From NCBI GenBank assembly GCA_942492995.1, contig OW818653.1, positions 1,650,001 through 1,682,000 of the forward strand: a DNA stretch of 32,000 nucleotides, in the 5' to 3' direction. Source of the DNA: an uncultured Erysipelotrichaceae bacterium. Its GTDB lineage: Bacteria; Bacillota_I; Bacilli_A; Erysipelotrichales; Erysipelotrichaceae. Below the pieces are notes generated by a model. The model worked only from the letters and a program-made list of their open reading frames with translations, did no database searches and was not told where the DNA came from. Of this stretch, positions 1 to 9,001 are shown piece after piece (within the stretch, counting starts at the first letter, position 1; each line of letters begins with the position of its first letter). Position numbers and translations under genes: made by a program.

Positions 1-345
1 CGTCCGAGAATTACTATTGATGAACTTAAACCTTATATTGAAATCGAACACTATTCTGTCGATGTTTTAAACATGGCAGAAATTGAAATAAAGTATGAAG
101 GTTATATCCAAAAAGCAATTCGTGAAGTTGAACGTCTACATAGTTTAGATAATGTGAAGATACCAACTGACTTGGACTACAATGATATTCCTCACCTTTC
201 GATTGAAGGTAAACAACGTATGACTAAGATTAAACCTTTGACTTTAGGACAAGCATCGCGTATTTCTGGGGTAAATCCTGCAGATATGGTCGTCTTAAAG
301 ACGCATCTCAATAAAGGTAAAAAGACGGACAGTCACACTTCTTAA
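1..345 (+). CDS. mnmG: tRNA uridine 5-carboxymethylaminomethyl modification enzyme MnmG (GidA), C-terminal fragment; the gene continues upstream of the window
   Basis: Frame 1 is open from base 1. The conserved MnmG C-terminal tail is present (EIEIKYEGYIQK, KPLTLGQASRISGVNPADM). rsmG follows directly, as in the canonical gidA-gidB pair. Confidence 0.85.
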   Translation, partial: RPRITIDELKPYIEIEHYSVDVLNMAEIEIKYEGYIQKAIREVERLHSLDNVKIPTDLDYNDIPHLSIEGKQRMTKIKPLTLGQASRISGVNPADMVVLKTHLNKGKKTDSHTS

Positions 346-373
346 TAGAAGTATAATTTGTTATAATACAACC

Positions 374-1081
374 ATGGAAAATGGATTAACCCAAGAAAAT
401 TTTTATCACTTTTTACTGTCTTTGTATCCAAATCGGGCAAAACAGTTAAGTGAAGCTTTTGAAATCTACTTAAATCTTCTAATAGAAGTTAATAAAGTAA
501 TGAATTTAACAGCGATTGATCAAGAAGAAGCGGTGCGTGAGAAACATTTCATGGACTGTTTATTGATTGAGCCTTTATTACCGCTGAATGTGAATGTTGC
601 GGATGTAGGGAGTGGAGCTGGATTTCCAGGTTTATGTCTTGCCATCGTACGTGATGATTGTCAATTTGATTTAATTGAACCGACAGGGAAACGTTGTCAG
701 TTCTTGAATAATGTCGTACAAACATTAAATTTAAAGAATGTAAAAGTAATTAATCGTCGAGCAGAAGAATGTTTAGATCTAAAAGAGATGTATGATGTAT
801 GCACATCAAGAGCGGTAGCGAAGTTAAGTGTTCTAATGGAAATATCGGTACCACTACTAAAAGTTAACGGTAAAATGATTGCGATGAAGGGCTTAAATGC
901 ACAAGAAGAAGTCGATGACGCAAAGAATGCGATAAAATTACTTAAAATGAGTGATACAATCTATCATGCACATACTTTACCTACAGCTGGTCAACGTATG
1001 AATTTAGAATGGACTAAATTGGATAAAACGCCAAGTCAATATCCTCGTGCTTATGCACAAATTAAAAAGAAAGCACTTTAA
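374..1081 (+). CDS. rsmG: 16S rRNA (guanine527-N7)-methyltransferase RsmG (GidB)
   Basis: 235-aa ORF with the SAM-binding loop VADVGSGAGFPGL and the conserved SRAVA...MKG block. It sits after mnmG. Confidence 0.9.
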   Translation: MENGLTQENFYHFLLSLYPNRAKQLSEAFEIYLNLLIEVNKVMNLTAIDQEEAVREKHFMDCLLIEPLLPLNVNVADVGSGAGFPGLCLAIVRDDCQFDLIEPTGKRCQFLNNVVQTLNLKNVKVINRRAEECLDLKEMYDVCTSRAVAKLSVLMEISVPLLKVNGKMIAMKGLNAQEEVDDAKNAIKLLKMSDTIYHAHTLPTAGQRMNLEWTKLDKTPSQYPRAYAQIKKKAL

Positions 1082-1082
1082 T

Positions 1083-1844
1083 ATGAAACAAACACGTGAT
1101 ATCCCTTTAAATCAAATTGTATCGAATCGTTACCAACCTCGTTTAAACTTCAAAGAAGATGCGATACGTGAATTAGCGTTGTCCATTCAAGAAAATGGTT
1201 TAATTCAACCCATCTCTGTACGTCAAAATGGTGATATGTATGAAATTATTGCGGGAGAACGTCGTTATCGTGCTATGAGTTTACTTCAAGCACCGACAAT
1301 GCCTTGTTTCGTATTAGATGTGGATGATAGTCAAATGGCAGAGATGGCATTGGTTGAGAATATTCAACGTGAAGACTTATCCGCAATCGAAGAAGCGAAA
1401 GCGTTTGTGATTATGATTGATACACATGCTTTAACTCAAGATAAAATTGCGGCTAAGATTGGTAAATCACAATCCAGTGTAGCGAATAAGATTCGTTTAC
1501 TTCAATTACCTGAAGAAATTCAAATGGCTGTCAGTGATAAACAAATCACGGAACGTCATGCGCGTGCTTTATTGGGAATGGATGAGAAGAAACAATTAGA
1601 TGTATATAAGAAAATTACTGAACAAAATTTAAATGTTAAACAAACGGAAGCGTTGGTTGAACATCATAAAGAAGATAAGAAAGTTAAAAAGAACCAAACA
1701 CGTGGAATTACACGTAATCTACGTGTCGCATTGAATACCGTACATGCGGCTGTCAATATGATTAAGAAGACAGGGATCGCGGTAGATATGTCTGAGAAGG
1801 ATCAAGAAGAATACGTTGAAATTACATTGAGGTTTCCGAAGTAG
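1083..1844 (+). CDS. noc: ParB-family nucleoid occlusion protein (Noc-like)
   Basis: ParB N-domain motifs are present (IAGERRYRA, ENIQREDL). The C-terminal half resembles B. subtilis Noc as I recall it (ITERHARAL, LNVKQTE, ITLRFPK). The gene lies between rsmG and soj. I chose ATG 1083 (MKQTRD) as the start; the track ORF begins at in-frame GTG 1047 and would overlap rsmG. Confidence 0.75.
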   Translation: MKQTRDIPLNQIVSNRYQPRLNFKEDAIRELALSIQENGLIQPISVRQNGDMYEIIAGERRYRAMSLLQAPTMPCFVLDVDDSQMAEMALVENIQREDLSAIEEAKAFVIMIDTHALTQDKIAAKIGKSQSSVANKIRLLQLPEEIQMAVSDKQITERHARALLGMDEKKQLDVYKKITEQNLNVKQTEALVEHHKEDKKVKKNQTRGITRNLRVALNTVHAAVNMIKKTGIAVDMSEKDQEEYVEITLRFPK

Positions 1845-1864
1845 AAATTGTGAAAGAGGTTAAT

Positions 1865-2641
1865 ATGGGTAAAATTATTGCGGTTGCGAATCAAAAGGGT
1901 GGAGTTGGTAAAACAACGACCAGTATTAATCTTGCGGCAGGATTAGCGTATTTAGGCAAGAAAGTTTTATTGGTAGACTTTGATCCGCAGGCAAACAGTA
2001 CCCAAGGAGTTGGGGCAGCTCGTGAATCGATTCATCACAGTGTCTATGATGTGGTAATGAGTGATAAGACAGTTGAACAAGCTAAAATAGTGTTGAAACA
2101 ACCTCCACTTAGTTTAATTCCTGCGACAATTGATTTAGCGGGCGCAGACTTAGAGATGGTTGAATATAAGGTTGGACGTGAGAAGTTACTTAAGAATAAA
2201 CTAGATGTGGCACGTGAACAATATGATTACATCATAATTGATTGTCCACCTTCACTTGGTTTACTTAATACAAACGCATTAACTGCGGCAGATTCTGTGA
2301 TTATTCCTGTACAGTGTGAATATTATGCATTAGAAGGATTAACCCAATTATTATCGACCATTCGTTTAGTACAGAAGTTGTTCAATACGAAACTTATGAT
2401 CGAAGGTATCTTACTTACGATGTTTGATGCACGTACAAAGTTAAGTGTAGAAGTCCAACAAGAAGTACGTAAGTATTTTAAAGAAAGAGTGTATAAATCG
2501 TTTATTCCACGTAACATTAAACTATCTGAAGCACCATCTCGTGGACAAAGTATCTTTGAATACGATGTGCGTTCTGAAGGTGCGCGTGCGTATGCGGCAT
2601 TAGCGAAAGAAGTCATCCAACAAAATGAAGGGGTGAAGTAA
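1865..2641 (+). CDS. soj: Chromosome partitioning ATPase Soj/ParA
   Basis: Deviant Walker A KGGVGKTT and Walker B IIIDCPPSLG. An AAAGAGG RBS lies about 5 nt upstream of ATG 1865; the track ORF starts at GTG 1850. Confidence 0.9.
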   Translation: MGKIIAVANQKGGVGKTTTSINLAAGLAYLGKKVLLVDFDPQANSTQGVGAARESIHHSVYDVVMSDKTVEQAKIVLKQPPLSLIPATIDLAGADLEMVEYKVGREKLLKNKLDVAREQYDYIIIDCPPSLGLLNTNALTAADSVIIPVQCEYYALEGLTQLLSTIRLVQKLFNTKLMIEGILLTMFDARTKLSVEVQQEVRKYFKERVYKSFIPRNIKLSEAPSRGQSIFEYDVRSEGARAYAALAKEVIQQNEGVK

Positions 2642-3489
2642 TGGGCGAAGAGAAAAGTCGTTTAGGTAAAGGCTTAGAGGCAATATTTGGGGAGAATGTG
2701 TCAAGTGTGTTAGAAGAGATTCAACACAGTGGGACAAATAACAGTGAAGAGATTGAAGTTAAACTGATTCACCCAAATCCTTACCAACCAAGACAACATT
2801 TTGATCAAGATAAAATCGATGAATTAGCTATGAGTATTAAGGAACATGGTGTCTTTACACCGGTTCTAATTCGTAAGTCGGTAAGTGGTTATCAGTTGAT
2901 TGCGGGTGAAAGACGTTTAAGAGCGGTTAAACAAGTTGGTTTAGACCGTATTCCTGCGATTGTATTGGATTTTGATGATCGTCAAATGATGGAAGTATCT
3001 CTTATAGAGAACATTCAACGTGAAGATTTAAATGTCGTCGAAGAGGCTAAGGCTTACCAAACACTGATCGAGCGCTTAGGTTTAACGCAAGAAGAGTTGG
3101 GGAAAAAAGTAGGGAAGAGTCGTGTGCATATTACGAATACCTTACGCTTATTCCAATTACCGGAATCTGTTATACAAATGTTATACAATCAAGAACTAAG
3201 TATGGGTCAAGTTAAACCGTTAATTAGTTGTGAAGATAAGAGTTTAGTAGAATCGATTGCGAAGCGTATTGTGAAAGAGAAATTGAGTTCACGTGAAGTA
3301 GAAGCTTTGATGAAGAAGAAACCAAAGGTTGATAAACCTGTTTCACATCGATTTGATTATGCGGAAGAGTTGTTAAGAAATAAATTACAGACTAAAGTAA
3401 AAATAGAAGGAACAAAAATTCAGATTCATTTTGATTCAGAGAATGATTTAAATCGTTTACTGGAACTAATGGATGCCCTGGAAGATTAA
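2641..3489 (+). CDS. spo0J: Chromosome partitioning protein Spo0J/ParB
   Basis: N-terminal RLGKGLEAIF box, IAGERRLRA arginine patch and ENIQREDL. Its ATG overlaps the soj stop codon (TAATG). Confidence 0.9.
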   Translation: MGEEKSRLGKGLEAIFGENVSSVLEEIQHSGTNNSEEIEVKLIHPNPYQPRQHFDQDKIDELAMSIKEHGVFTPVLIRKSVSGYQLIAGERRLRAVKQVGLDRIPAIVLDFDDRQMMEVSLIENIQREDLNVVEEAKAYQTLIERLGLTQEELGKKVGKSRVHITNTLRLFQLPESVIQMLYNQELSMGQVKPLISCEDKSLVESIAKRIVKEKLSSREVEALMKKKPKVDKPVSHRFDYAEELLRNKLQTKVKIEGTKIQIHFDSENDLNRLLELMDALED

Positions 3490-3490
3490 T

Positions 3491-4816
3491 ATGATACAAG
3501 ATACGATCGTTTCACTATCTACTGCCTTAACGACTCAAGCGGTTTCGATTATTCGCTTTAGTGGGGATCGTGCGGTTGAAATAGCTGAAACACTGATAAA
3601 AAAGAATCTATCCAATCAGGACCATAGGCTTACCTATGGTTTTATTCATGAACCCCATACGAATTTAGTTGTGGATGAAGTAATCGTATTGGTTATGAAA
3701 GGACCACACAGTTATACCCGTGAAGATATTGTGGAAATACAGTGTCATGGGGGTGTTTTTGTGACCCAGAAGATATTAGGATTAGTTCTTGGATTAGGGG
3801 CACGGTTAGCGTATAACGGTGAGTTTACACAACGTGCTGTAATGAATGGAAGAATTGACTTAAGCCAAGCAGAAGCGATTAATGAGCTTGTGAATGCGGA
3901 TAGTGAACAAAGTGCACAACTAGCCATCGCAGGATTAAAAGGATCACTTAAGACATTGATTGATCCATTAAAAGAAGAATTATTAGGAATCATTGCGCAT
4001 ATTGAAGTAAATATTGATTATCCAGAATATGATATCGAAGAAATGACACGCCATACACTCTTACCGTTATGTATTGATTTCAAGGATAAATTAGAAGTAA
4101 TCGTTCATGAATCAAAGAGTGGAATCGAGATGAAGAATGGGATAAAGACTGCGATTATTGGGAAACCGAATGTTGGTAAATCATCCTTACTAAACGCACT
4201 TCTCAATGAAGATAAAGCAATCGTGACAGAAATACCAGGTACTACACGTGATGTTGTAGAAGGAACAGTACGTTTAAAGAACGTAAGTCTACATCTACTC
4301 GATACCGCTGGGATTAGACAAAGTGATGATATTGTGGAGAAGTTAGGAATCGATAAGACCTTCAAGATGATTGATGAAGCTGAACTTATTCTCTTCTTAG
4401 TTGATGCACAAAATGGAATGGATGAAGAAGAAATTAAACTATATGAAAGTATTGATCCAGCTAAAGTATTACTTGTCTATAATAAGAGTGATTTAATATC
4501 TGAGAAAAATCGCTTAGAAATAAGTGCGATGAATAAAGACATTAAACAATTAGTTGATGTGATTAACAATCGATTTGAAAGTCACCAATTCGTCTTCAAA
4601 CGTCCAGTCTTAAGTACACAACGTACCATAGGCTTAGCGATTCAAGCTCTTAATGCGATGAATCAAGCCATTGAATCAATAGAACTTGAAAATGAAATAG
4701 ATTTGATTAATATAGACTTAAGAGAAGCTTACCAAGCACTTTATTCTATTGGGTCAACTTCTTCTGACACAAACATTAACGATGAAATATTCAGTCGTTT
4801 CTGCCTAGGTAAATAA
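3491..4816 (+). CDS. mnmE: tRNA modification GTPase MnmE (TrmE)
   Basis: G-domain motifs GKPNVGKSSLLNAL, DTAGIR and NKSD, plus the C-terminal FCLGK motif. I chose ATG 3491 (MIQDTIV) as the start; the track starts 18 nt upstream. Confidence 0.9.
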   Translation: MIQDTIVSLSTALTTQAVSIIRFSGDRAVEIAETLIKKNLSNQDHRLTYGFIHEPHTNLVVDEVIVLVMKGPHSYTREDIVEIQCHGGVFVTQKILGLVLGLGARLAYNGEFTQRAVMNGRIDLSQAEAINELVNADSEQSAQLAIAGLKGSLKTLIDPLKEELLGIIAHIEVNIDYPEYDIEEMTRHTLLPLCIDFKDKLEVIVHESKSGIEMKNGIKTAIIGKPNVGKSSLLNALLNEDKAIVTEIPGTTRDVVEGTVRLKNVSLHLLDTAGIRQSDDIVEKLGIDKTFKMIDEAELILFLVDAQNGMDEEEIKLYESIDPAKVLLVYNKSDLISEKNRLEISAMNKDIKQLVDVINNRFESHQFVFKRPVLSTQRTIGLAIQALNAMNQAIESIELENEIDLINIDLREAYQALYSIGSTSSDTNINDEIFSRFCLGK

Positions 4817-4818
4817 AC

Positions 4819-5253
4819 ATGGAACTAACAATTAAACGAGTTATTGCGTATTGTATCGATGGATTAGTGGTAGGACTACCAAGTCTTATCCTTTCGCTTG
4901 CGTTTGGGATTATGCGTATTATATTAAGTCTATTACCATTTATGGGATTCTTGAGACATCCTTTTTGGGCGTTTCAATCGACGTCATTTATCTTGTTTAT
5001 CGTCTATGAATCCATCGCATTAATTGCGTTTAAGACGACGATTGGTAAATACTTAATGCATATTAAAGTTCGATCACTTGATTCAGATATCTCTAATTTC
5101 AGATATATCTTACGAACGGTTGTTAAAGGATTGTTTGCGCAATCATTCTTATTCTTACTTTCACTTATCTCTTTATTTATCATGATCTTTAACGATAAAC
5201 ATTCATCCTTACACGACATGATTGCACGGACTGAAGTCTATGAGATGGATTGA
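4819..5253 (+). CDS. RDD-family integral membrane protein
   Basis: 144-aa polytopic ORF with the N-terminal KRVIAYCIDGLV pattern (R..D) and a C-terminal HDMIARTEV, typical of RDD proteins. Confidence 0.55.
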   Translation: MELTIKRVIAYCIDGLVVGLPSLILSLAFGIMRIILSLLPFMGFLRHPFWAFQSTSFILFIVYESIALIAFKTTIGKYLMHIKVRSLDSDISNFRYILRTVVKGLFAQSFLFLLSLISLFIMIFNDKHSSLHDMIARTEVYEMD

Positions 5254-6004
5254 TACACACGCCCATCTAGCAGAAGATGAATTTAAGGATGATATTAATG
5301 AAGTTATCCAACGTGCGAAAGAACAGTATGTCGAAAAGATTGTTTTAATTGGATGTGAGATTGATGGGGCTAAGAAGGCATTAGCGTTAGCTCATACCAA
5401 TGATATGTTTGATGTGGCCATTGGCTTTCATCCAGGGGATGTTTTAAGTCATCATGATTATGATTTGATGTTTGAAATGATGAAGGATGAAAAGGTTAAG
5501 TTGATTGGAGAAATTGGCTTAGATTTTTATTGGGATAAAGATCCAGCACATCATCTTTTACAAGAAGAACTCTTTATTAAACAAATCGAATGGGCTAACC
5601 AACTAAATAAGCCTATTAGTATACATACTCGTGATGCGTCAAAACGCACATATGAACTGCTAAAACAATATCCAGTCAATAAAAAAGGGATAATGCATTG
5701 TTTTTCTGGAAGCTTAGAAATGGCTAGAGAATACGTTAAAATGGGATATTATATTTCTCTTGCAGGTCCTGTCACATTCAAAAATGCCCATGTCCCAAAG
5801 GATGTGGCTAAGTATATTGATATAAACTATCTCTTGATTGAGACAGATAGTCCGTATCTTACTCCTCATCCATTTCGTGGTAAACGTAATGAAAGCTTCT
5901 ATGTGGTTGAGACCGCTAAGGTTATTTCGGAATTGAGAAACATATCTCTTGAAGATTTAAGTATTATATTAGAGAAGAATTATCAAAGGCTAATCAATGG
6001 CTAA
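5240..6004 (+). CDS. tatD: TatD-family metal-dependent hydrolase/DNase (YabD-like)
   Basis: N-terminal WIDTHAHL metal-binding motif, GEIGLDFYW, SIHTRDA, GIMHCFSG and ETDSPYLTP. ATG 5240 overlaps the end of the RDD gene. Confidence 0.85.
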   Translation: MRWIDTHAHLAEDEFKDDINEVIQRAKEQYVEKIVLIGCEIDGAKKALALAHTNDMFDVAIGFHPGDVLSHHDYDLMFEMMKDEKVKLIGEIGLDFYWDKDPAHHLLQEELFIKQIEWANQLNKPISIHTRDASKRTYELLKQYPVNKKGIMHCFSGSLEMAREYVKMGYYISLAGPVTFKNAHVPKDVAKYIDINYLLIETDSPYLTPHPFRGKRNESFYVVETAKVISELRNISLEDLSIILEKNYQRLING

Positions 6005-6029
6005 AACTAAACTAGATGTTTAGTTTTTT
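6003..6029 (+). terminator. Rho-independent terminator after tatD
   Basis: AAAACTAAAC-tagat-GTTTAGTTTT hairpin followed by a T-run, starting at the stop codon. Confidence 0.6.
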
Positions 6030-6202
6030 ATTAGATATTTTTCAATATTCTCGTCACTTTTTTGTGTATAAAACAGATGCAAATCTATGACAATCTAATA
6101 TAATTAAATAGCATCAAAAACTCATAAACCATTGGAAGACATGTTTTTATCAACAAAGATTATAAGTGTCTGATAACAATCAGAACACAAAGGAGCTAGA
6201 AT

Positions 6203-6715
6203 ATGAATCTACAACTTGCACGCCTAATGGCAGCTATGATACATTACGACAAAGGAGACCCCAAGCGGATTCAACATCTAATCAAGGTTCATGATCTTTG
6301 TCGGACGATGGGGCTTTTGGAAGGAATGGATGAGACTAGCTTACACATTTTGGAAACTACCGCTATTCTCCATGATATTGGTGCCCACATTAGCGAACAA
6401 AAATATGGAATGAGTACTGGAAAGCATCAGGAACTTGAAGGACCAGCGGAAGCTGAAAAATTAATGCATGAGATTGGTGGTTTCACTGAGGAAACTCAAG
6501 AACGTGTTAAATTTCTGATTGCCCACCATCATACTTATACCAATATTCAGGGGTTGGATTATCAAATCCTCATCGAAGCTGACTTTCTCGTCAATCTCTA
6601 TGAAAGCCCCAACAAATATGGTGCACCTGAGAATTCTCGTCGATTCTTCAAGACCCACACTGGAATTCAAATGCTTGCGGATATGTTTGAAAAACCTGAG
6701 TTATCTGAGTCTTAA
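6203..6715 (+). CDS. HD-domain phosphohydrolase
   Basis: 170-aa ORF with H...HD (AILHDIGAH) and a downstream IAHHH cluster. An AAGGAG RBS lies 7 nt upstream. Confidence 0.7.
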   Translation: MNLQLARLMAAMIHYDKGDPKRIQHLIKVHDLCRTMGLLEGMDETSLHILETTAILHDIGAHISEQKYGMSTGKHQELEGPAEAEKLMHEIGGFTEETQERVKFLIAHHHTYTNIQGLDYQILIEADFLVNLYESPNKYGAPENSRRFFKTHTGIQMLADMFEKPELSES

Positions 6716-6799
6716 TGATATAAATAAAAACGAAAAAAGACTTTAAACTTTAGAGTAACCCTTAATAGTCGTGACATATTAAACTCTACTACTTTTCGT

Positions 6800-8047
6800 T
6801 TAAAATTCCGCAATACTTTCATGGAATACCCATTCTTTCCATTTCAATTTTTCTTGGTAGTAGACTATCGCTTTTTTATAGAATCGATCACCTTCATAAT
6901 ACACAATTAGTTTATTTAACGTAAACTCATAATTCTCATAATCTCGTTTATCTTTAGTAAGCTGGTATAAATCAAGTAATAGAGCTTCATATTTATGACT
7001 AATATCCTTAGTGTTCTCTAAATGTATGATTTCTATCTGTTTCATAAATATTTCATTGATTAAATATTTAAATGATTCAGAATATAGTTTTTCTGAATCA
7101 TTTATTTTACCTAAATAACTTAAACTCGCAATTTTAATAAACAATCCATTCTCAGTTAATGAGTTATCCTTTTCTATTCTAGATAAGAAATTTAGTGATG
7201 ATTCATATTGTCCGTTTAAGAAATCAAACCAAGCTAGATTATAGAGTATTACTTCTTTTTGGTCGTGATTCTTTGTCTTCTCTATTTCTTTTAGAATACG
7301 TAAATAGCTTTGTTTGGCAATCGCATAGTTTTTCATTTTAGCGTGTATTGTGGCGATATGAATTTGGACATTGAGTAGTCGTGCATGATTACGATCTCGT
7401 ATAAATTGATTTTCAGCTTGTTCACAGAAACGTAATGCCTTTAATAACTTGCCATATAGTGAATATAGAATTCCCGAATGATAATAAATTAATCCAGTAC
7501 TAAGACCATGTTGGCCTAAGGATATAGCCTGTTCAATCGTATTAACTGCGTCGATTAATTTACCTTTACGCATCAAGTTAATCGCGTGATAATCGTAGAA
7601 TAGTTGTAAGTATTTGATGTTTAATTCAGGAATTCTTAAGAGTATTTTATTTAAGAATTTTGTCTCATCTTCATTGAATATAACAGATCCAATATATCGA
7701 ATTACCAAGTATATATCGCTATAAACTGAATATTCAATATACTGTTCAGCTTTTTGAATTTTCTTATATATCATTTTACTTTCTGAGATGTAATCAAACG
7801 CAATAGCTTCATAAAAATCATCAATATCATTTATGAACCTCTCACTAATATACATGATAAGTTCATAATCAATTCCAAGAGATTCAAATATTATCTTAAG
7901 ATTATCATCAGTAATTTCAATTAAATCATTTTCATATTTTGAAATTGTTTGAAAACTAAAATTTGTTAAATCTGACACATTTCGTTGAGTCATATTTTTG
8001 TTTAGTCGAGAGTCCTTTAAAAGTTGTGAGATAATTATGTTTTTCAT
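6800..8047 (-). CDS. XRE-type HTH plus TPR-like repeat transcriptional regulator (RNPP-like, putative peptide-sensing)
   Basis: 415 aa. The N-terminal Cro/C1-type HTH reads LNKNMTQRNVSDLTNFSFQTISKYEND. The rest is helical-repeat-rich with recurring A..Y/L..A..Y TPR-like patterns. The gene is very AT-rich and diverges from a small hydrophobic peptide ORF. Confidence 0.6.
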   Translation of the reverse strand: MKNIIISQLLKDSRLNKNMTQRNVSDLTNFSFQTISKYENDLIEITDDNLKIIFESLGIDYELIMYISERFINDIDDFYEAIAFDYISESKMIYKKIQKAEQYIEYSVYSDIYLVIRYIGSVIFNEDETKFLNKILLRIPELNIKYLQLFYDYHAINLMRKGKLIDAVNTIEQAISLGQHGLSTGLIYYHSGILYSLYGKLLKALRFCEQAENQFIRDRNHARLLNVQIHIATIHAKMKNYAIAKQSYLRILKEIEKTKNHDQKEVILYNLAWFDFLNGQYESSLNFLSRIEKDNSLTENGLFIKIASLSYLGKINDSEKLYSESFKYLINEIFMKQIEIIHLENTKDISHKYEALLLDLYQLTKDKRDYENYEFTLNKLIVYYEGDRFYKKAIVYYQEKLKWKEWVFHESIAEF

Positions 8048-8073
8048 TTTGTTTGTCGCTTCAATATACCTAA

Positions 8074-8101
8074 ATTATAGTGCTTAAGCAAGAAAAATCA
8101 A
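8074..8101 (-). promoter_or_regulatory. Putative sigma-A promoter of the HTH-TPR regulator
   Basis: On the minus strand, TTGATT, a 16-nt spacer and TATAAT lie about 27 nt upstream of the ATG. Confidence 0.35.
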
Positions 8102-8107
8102 AGAAAG

Positions 8108-8141
8108 AATAGAATTAGTGGTATGTATTCTATTATATAAT
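8108..8141 (+). promoter_or_regulatory. Dyad element AATAGAAT-N11-ATTCTATT abutting a TATAAT -10 box; candidate regulator box and promoter for the small peptide ORF
   Basis: Perfect 8-bp inverted repeat at 8108-8115 and 8127-8134. TATAAT lies at 8136-8141, with no good -35 hexamer, which suggests an activator-dependent layout. Confidence 0.35.
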
Positions 8142-8161
8142 TTAAGTAAGAGGAGAACTAT

Positions 8162-8227
8162 ATGGAACTAAATGCAATTATTGAGATTATTTTAGTAGCA
8201 TTAGAATCAGTTATACCAAAGATTTAA
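8162..8227 (+). CDS. 21-aa small hydrophobic peptide MELNAIIEIILVALESVIPKI (candidate signalling pro-peptide)
   Basis: An AGGAGA RBS at 8151-8156 lies 5 nt before ATG 8162, and a TATAAT lies about 20 nt upstream. The ORF is divergent from the HTH-TPR regulator. It is too short for the six-frame track. Confidence 0.4.
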   Translation: MELNAIIEIILVALESVIPKI

Positions 8228-8384
8228 TTTGTTTTTTCATTAAACAGTACAATCTCAAATCATAGTTTGTCTTTAGCAATTGTAGATATAATTAATTCTT
8301 TGTGACAATTCTTTTTGGTGATTGTGGTTGTTGAATTCAGGATGGCTTAATTTTATAAATTATTAACATAAGGCAATATTATAA

Positions 8385-8999
8385 ATGATCAATAAATTAA
8401 AGTTTATAAAGAATAATTGTAAAGAAATGTTAATCGTAATTTTATTTTTGATTAATATGTTTTACGTTGGTTATCAAAGCTATGAACTTAATAATGCATC
8501 ATTATTGCAAGTTGAATTATTGCAAGAAGTCGAGAATGAAAAGAAAACGTTAGATTCTACTAAACAAGATATATTTAGTAGAATTATAGAAGATTTGGAA
8601 GTAATAGAACGTGATAATAATTTGGATTATATATTTAAATTATTTGGTTTAGATATTCAAGTTCATTTGGAAGAAGAACTTCCTAATAATATAGTACTTG
8701 CAGTAAATAAAATGACTAGAGAATTTGGTTTTTATTATTTGAGTGATACAATAATTTTTCCATATCAAACATATTACATTGATACTAGAGGGAACCTTGG
8801 TAGTTTAAAAGATTATAACAATTATCTTGATAAAACAAATGGTGTATATATTTATAAATACACTGGTAATGATGAAGATTTCAATTTTCAATGGGCATAT
8901 GCTTATAATAAATCAACCGGTTTCTTAGACAAGTATGAATTTAAATGGTATCCCGCTGATTCAATGGAAATAAGTTTTCTTTCGAATATTGAGGGATAG
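8385..8999 (+). CDS. Membrane-anchored protein of unknown function (paralog A)
   Basis: 204 aa with one N-terminal TM helix (MLIVILFLINMFYVGY). It shares the block LFG..(V/I).V.L...LP......G.YY..D with the next ORF. The start codon is uncertain because the RBS is weak. Confidence 0.5.
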   Translation: MINKLKFIKNNCKEMLIVILFLINMFYVGYQSYELNNASLLQVELLQEVENEKKTLDSTKQDIFSRIIEDLEVIERDNNLDYIFKLFGLDIQVHLEEELPNNIVLAVNKMTREFGFYYLSDTIIFPYQTYYIDTRGNLGSLKDYNNYLDKTNGVYIYKYTGNDEDFNFQWAYAYNKSTGFLDKYEFKWYPADSMEISFLSNIEG

Positions 9000-9001
9000 T
9001 T

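Noticed and set aside
3285-3300. A parS-like site GAGTTCACGTGAAGTA inside the 3' part of spo0J.
   Set aside because: The inner 10 bp (TTCACGTGAA) match the parS core, but only 11/16 positions match TGTTNCACGTGAAACA, and both outer arms are lost. Functional parS sites usually tolerate only 1-2 mismatches. I found no better match in the window.
2323-4365. Antisense ORFs inside soj and mnmE (2323-2616, 3745-3993, 4105-4365).
   Set aside because: They lie wholly within well-supported conserved genes on the opposite strand, have no RBS and have low-complexity composition. The same reasoning applies to 5004-5219, 6461-6670, 10039-10422, 10110-10337, 10693-10890, 12345-12578, 15424-15633, 17572-17799, 19493-19717, 21752-21970, 22859-23235, 26342-26527, 27028-27240, 28635-28832, 29136-29405 and 31583-31768.
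6166-6188. A hairpin GTGTCTGAT-aaca-ATCAGAACAC just upstream of the HD-gene RBS, as a possible regulatory element.
   Set aside because: It is a real inverted repeat with one bulge, but there is no alternative-structure partner, no T-run and no known motif. I cannot distinguish a functional 5'-UTR element from chance.
6519-6746. A 75-aa alternative-frame ORF overlapping the end of the HD-domain gene.
   Set aside because: It is on the same strand as a domain-bearing ORF but out of frame, and it has no RBS. It is a chance ORF.
6729-6799. Long-range complementarity AAACGAAAA...TTTTCGTTT with a nested TAGAGT...ACTCTA, between the convergent HD and regulator genes, as a possible structured RNA or terminator.
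   Set aside because: The loops are very long (about 50 and 26 nt) and the stems are AT-rich. There is no recognisable riboswitch or sRNA signature, so the support is insufficient.
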